Shown: piece by piece, positions 63,245-64,000 of the stretch | Position numbering within the stretch: position 1 is the stretch's first letter | Layout: every line of letters starts with the position of its first letter | From: Oopsacas minuta | Lineage: Eukaryota > Animalia > Porifera | Assembly (NCBI GenBank): GCA_024704765.1 | Contig: JAKMXF010000310.1 | Location: 310,001 to 374,000 of the forward strand | DNA length: 64,000 nucleotides | Reading direction: 5' to 3' | The notes under the pieces: generated by a model | Seen by the model: the letters and a program-made list of their open reading frames with translations, nothing else | The model's database searches: none | Told to the model about the DNA's origin: nothing | Position numbers and translations under genes: made by a program

Positions 63245-63599
63245 ACAATAAATTAACCTAACTAAATATTGGAGAGAATTGTTAATAGACTAATAATGTA
63301 ATGAGAGTGACAAGTATAAATAACACTATAGGTATACGCAGGTAGAAGTTTATTAGGACTGTTCATAAAATGAATAAGTAGATCAATAGTGAAGTAACCT
63401 ATCCGAATAAATACAGAAAGTATTCTTTGGCATACAAGTGATACGTATATGCTACGTATATATGTGTGTAGCGCTGAGGACCATTGATCATACTAAGGGT
63501 GAGGAAATGAATAAATTTTGACAAGCTATGTCCCTTCAATTTTGCCAGGCCCGCTCAAAAATCATGTTTGCTGCTACGCCCATGGCTACAATGTCTACC

Positions 63600-64000
63600 A
63601 ACTGGCTTGTTCCTAATTATAAATTTGAATTAGTATATTTATACAAGAACATATACCTTACTAAAATATTTGTAGACCAGGAATAGATGTAATGAACATA
63701 TTCCCAGATTGAGAAACACCGATACCTATCGGAAAGCAATTGTTCCTTCTCCATTTGTATTCCATCTATTCTATGGATCAGCTGTCCTGAGGGAGAGATT
63801 ATCTTGATATTGTACCAGCTGAAATATGTGATGAGGATATTTCCTGCTGGATCAAAACAAAAGCAGCAGCTATCAGTTGTACTACCATATTTCTTCTGAG
63901 AAATGCATGAGTTAAATAGCTGTCCACTTCTCGTGTAGAAGTGGACACAATTCGGACTCCTGTCTAGCACTACTATGCTGTTTGGAGTTATGTTTATATC
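63600..64000 (-). pseudogene. 3' part of another NHL-repeat gene or pseudogene, continuing beyond the window
   Basis: VVLDRSPNCVHFYTRSGQL..FCFDPAGNILIT..IKIISPSGQLIHRI; apparent frameshift near the C-terminus. Confidence 0.7.

Noticed and set aside
63245-63330. Iron-responsive element in the ACO2 5' UTR, as in vertebrates
   Set aside because: No CAGUGN loop or stem is visible upstream of the ATG.
1-64000. tRNA, rRNA or SL RNA genes
   Set aside because: No cloverleaf, rRNA motif or convincing leader + donor + Sm-site arrangement recognised by eye; tRNAscan-SE and Infernal would be decisive.

Overview
AT-rich eukaryotic (animal) genomic DNA with a compact gene layout and short GT-AG introns. 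The gene set and the degenerate coiled-coil+NHL-repeat copies resemble a glass sponge such as Oopsacas; that taxon call is inference. I count 17 protein-coding genes: ACSBG-type acyl-CoA ligase, IFT56/TTC26, DESI1, four CD225/dispanin (IFITM-like) paralogs, two 2-TM APD1-4-like membrane proteins with PPxY tails, COPS7, PPP1R8/NIPP1, B4GALT7, LEXM/CIMAP2, a signal-anchored TTL-domain protein, TADA3, a ~3242-aa laminin alpha chain and mitochondrial aconitase ACO2. The window also holds NHL-repeat pseudogenes (one nested in an intron), a MULE transposase remnant, TA-TSD and PIF/Harbinger MITEs, a dispersed microsatellite-tailed repeat, and a DD37D element inserted in a DD37E element inserted in that repeat. 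Most notable observations: (1) 15/17 genes are co-directional, often closely spaced, and 13/17 have a splice-acceptor-like YAG 1-14 nt before the ATG, suggesting SL trans-splicing and operons; (2) an IFITM-like dispanin cluster interleaved with PPxY/dileucine membrane proteins, a possible endolysosomal defence locus; (3) a TTL-family ligase predicted to face the secretory lumen. No database searches were run; homology calls come from recognising motifs.
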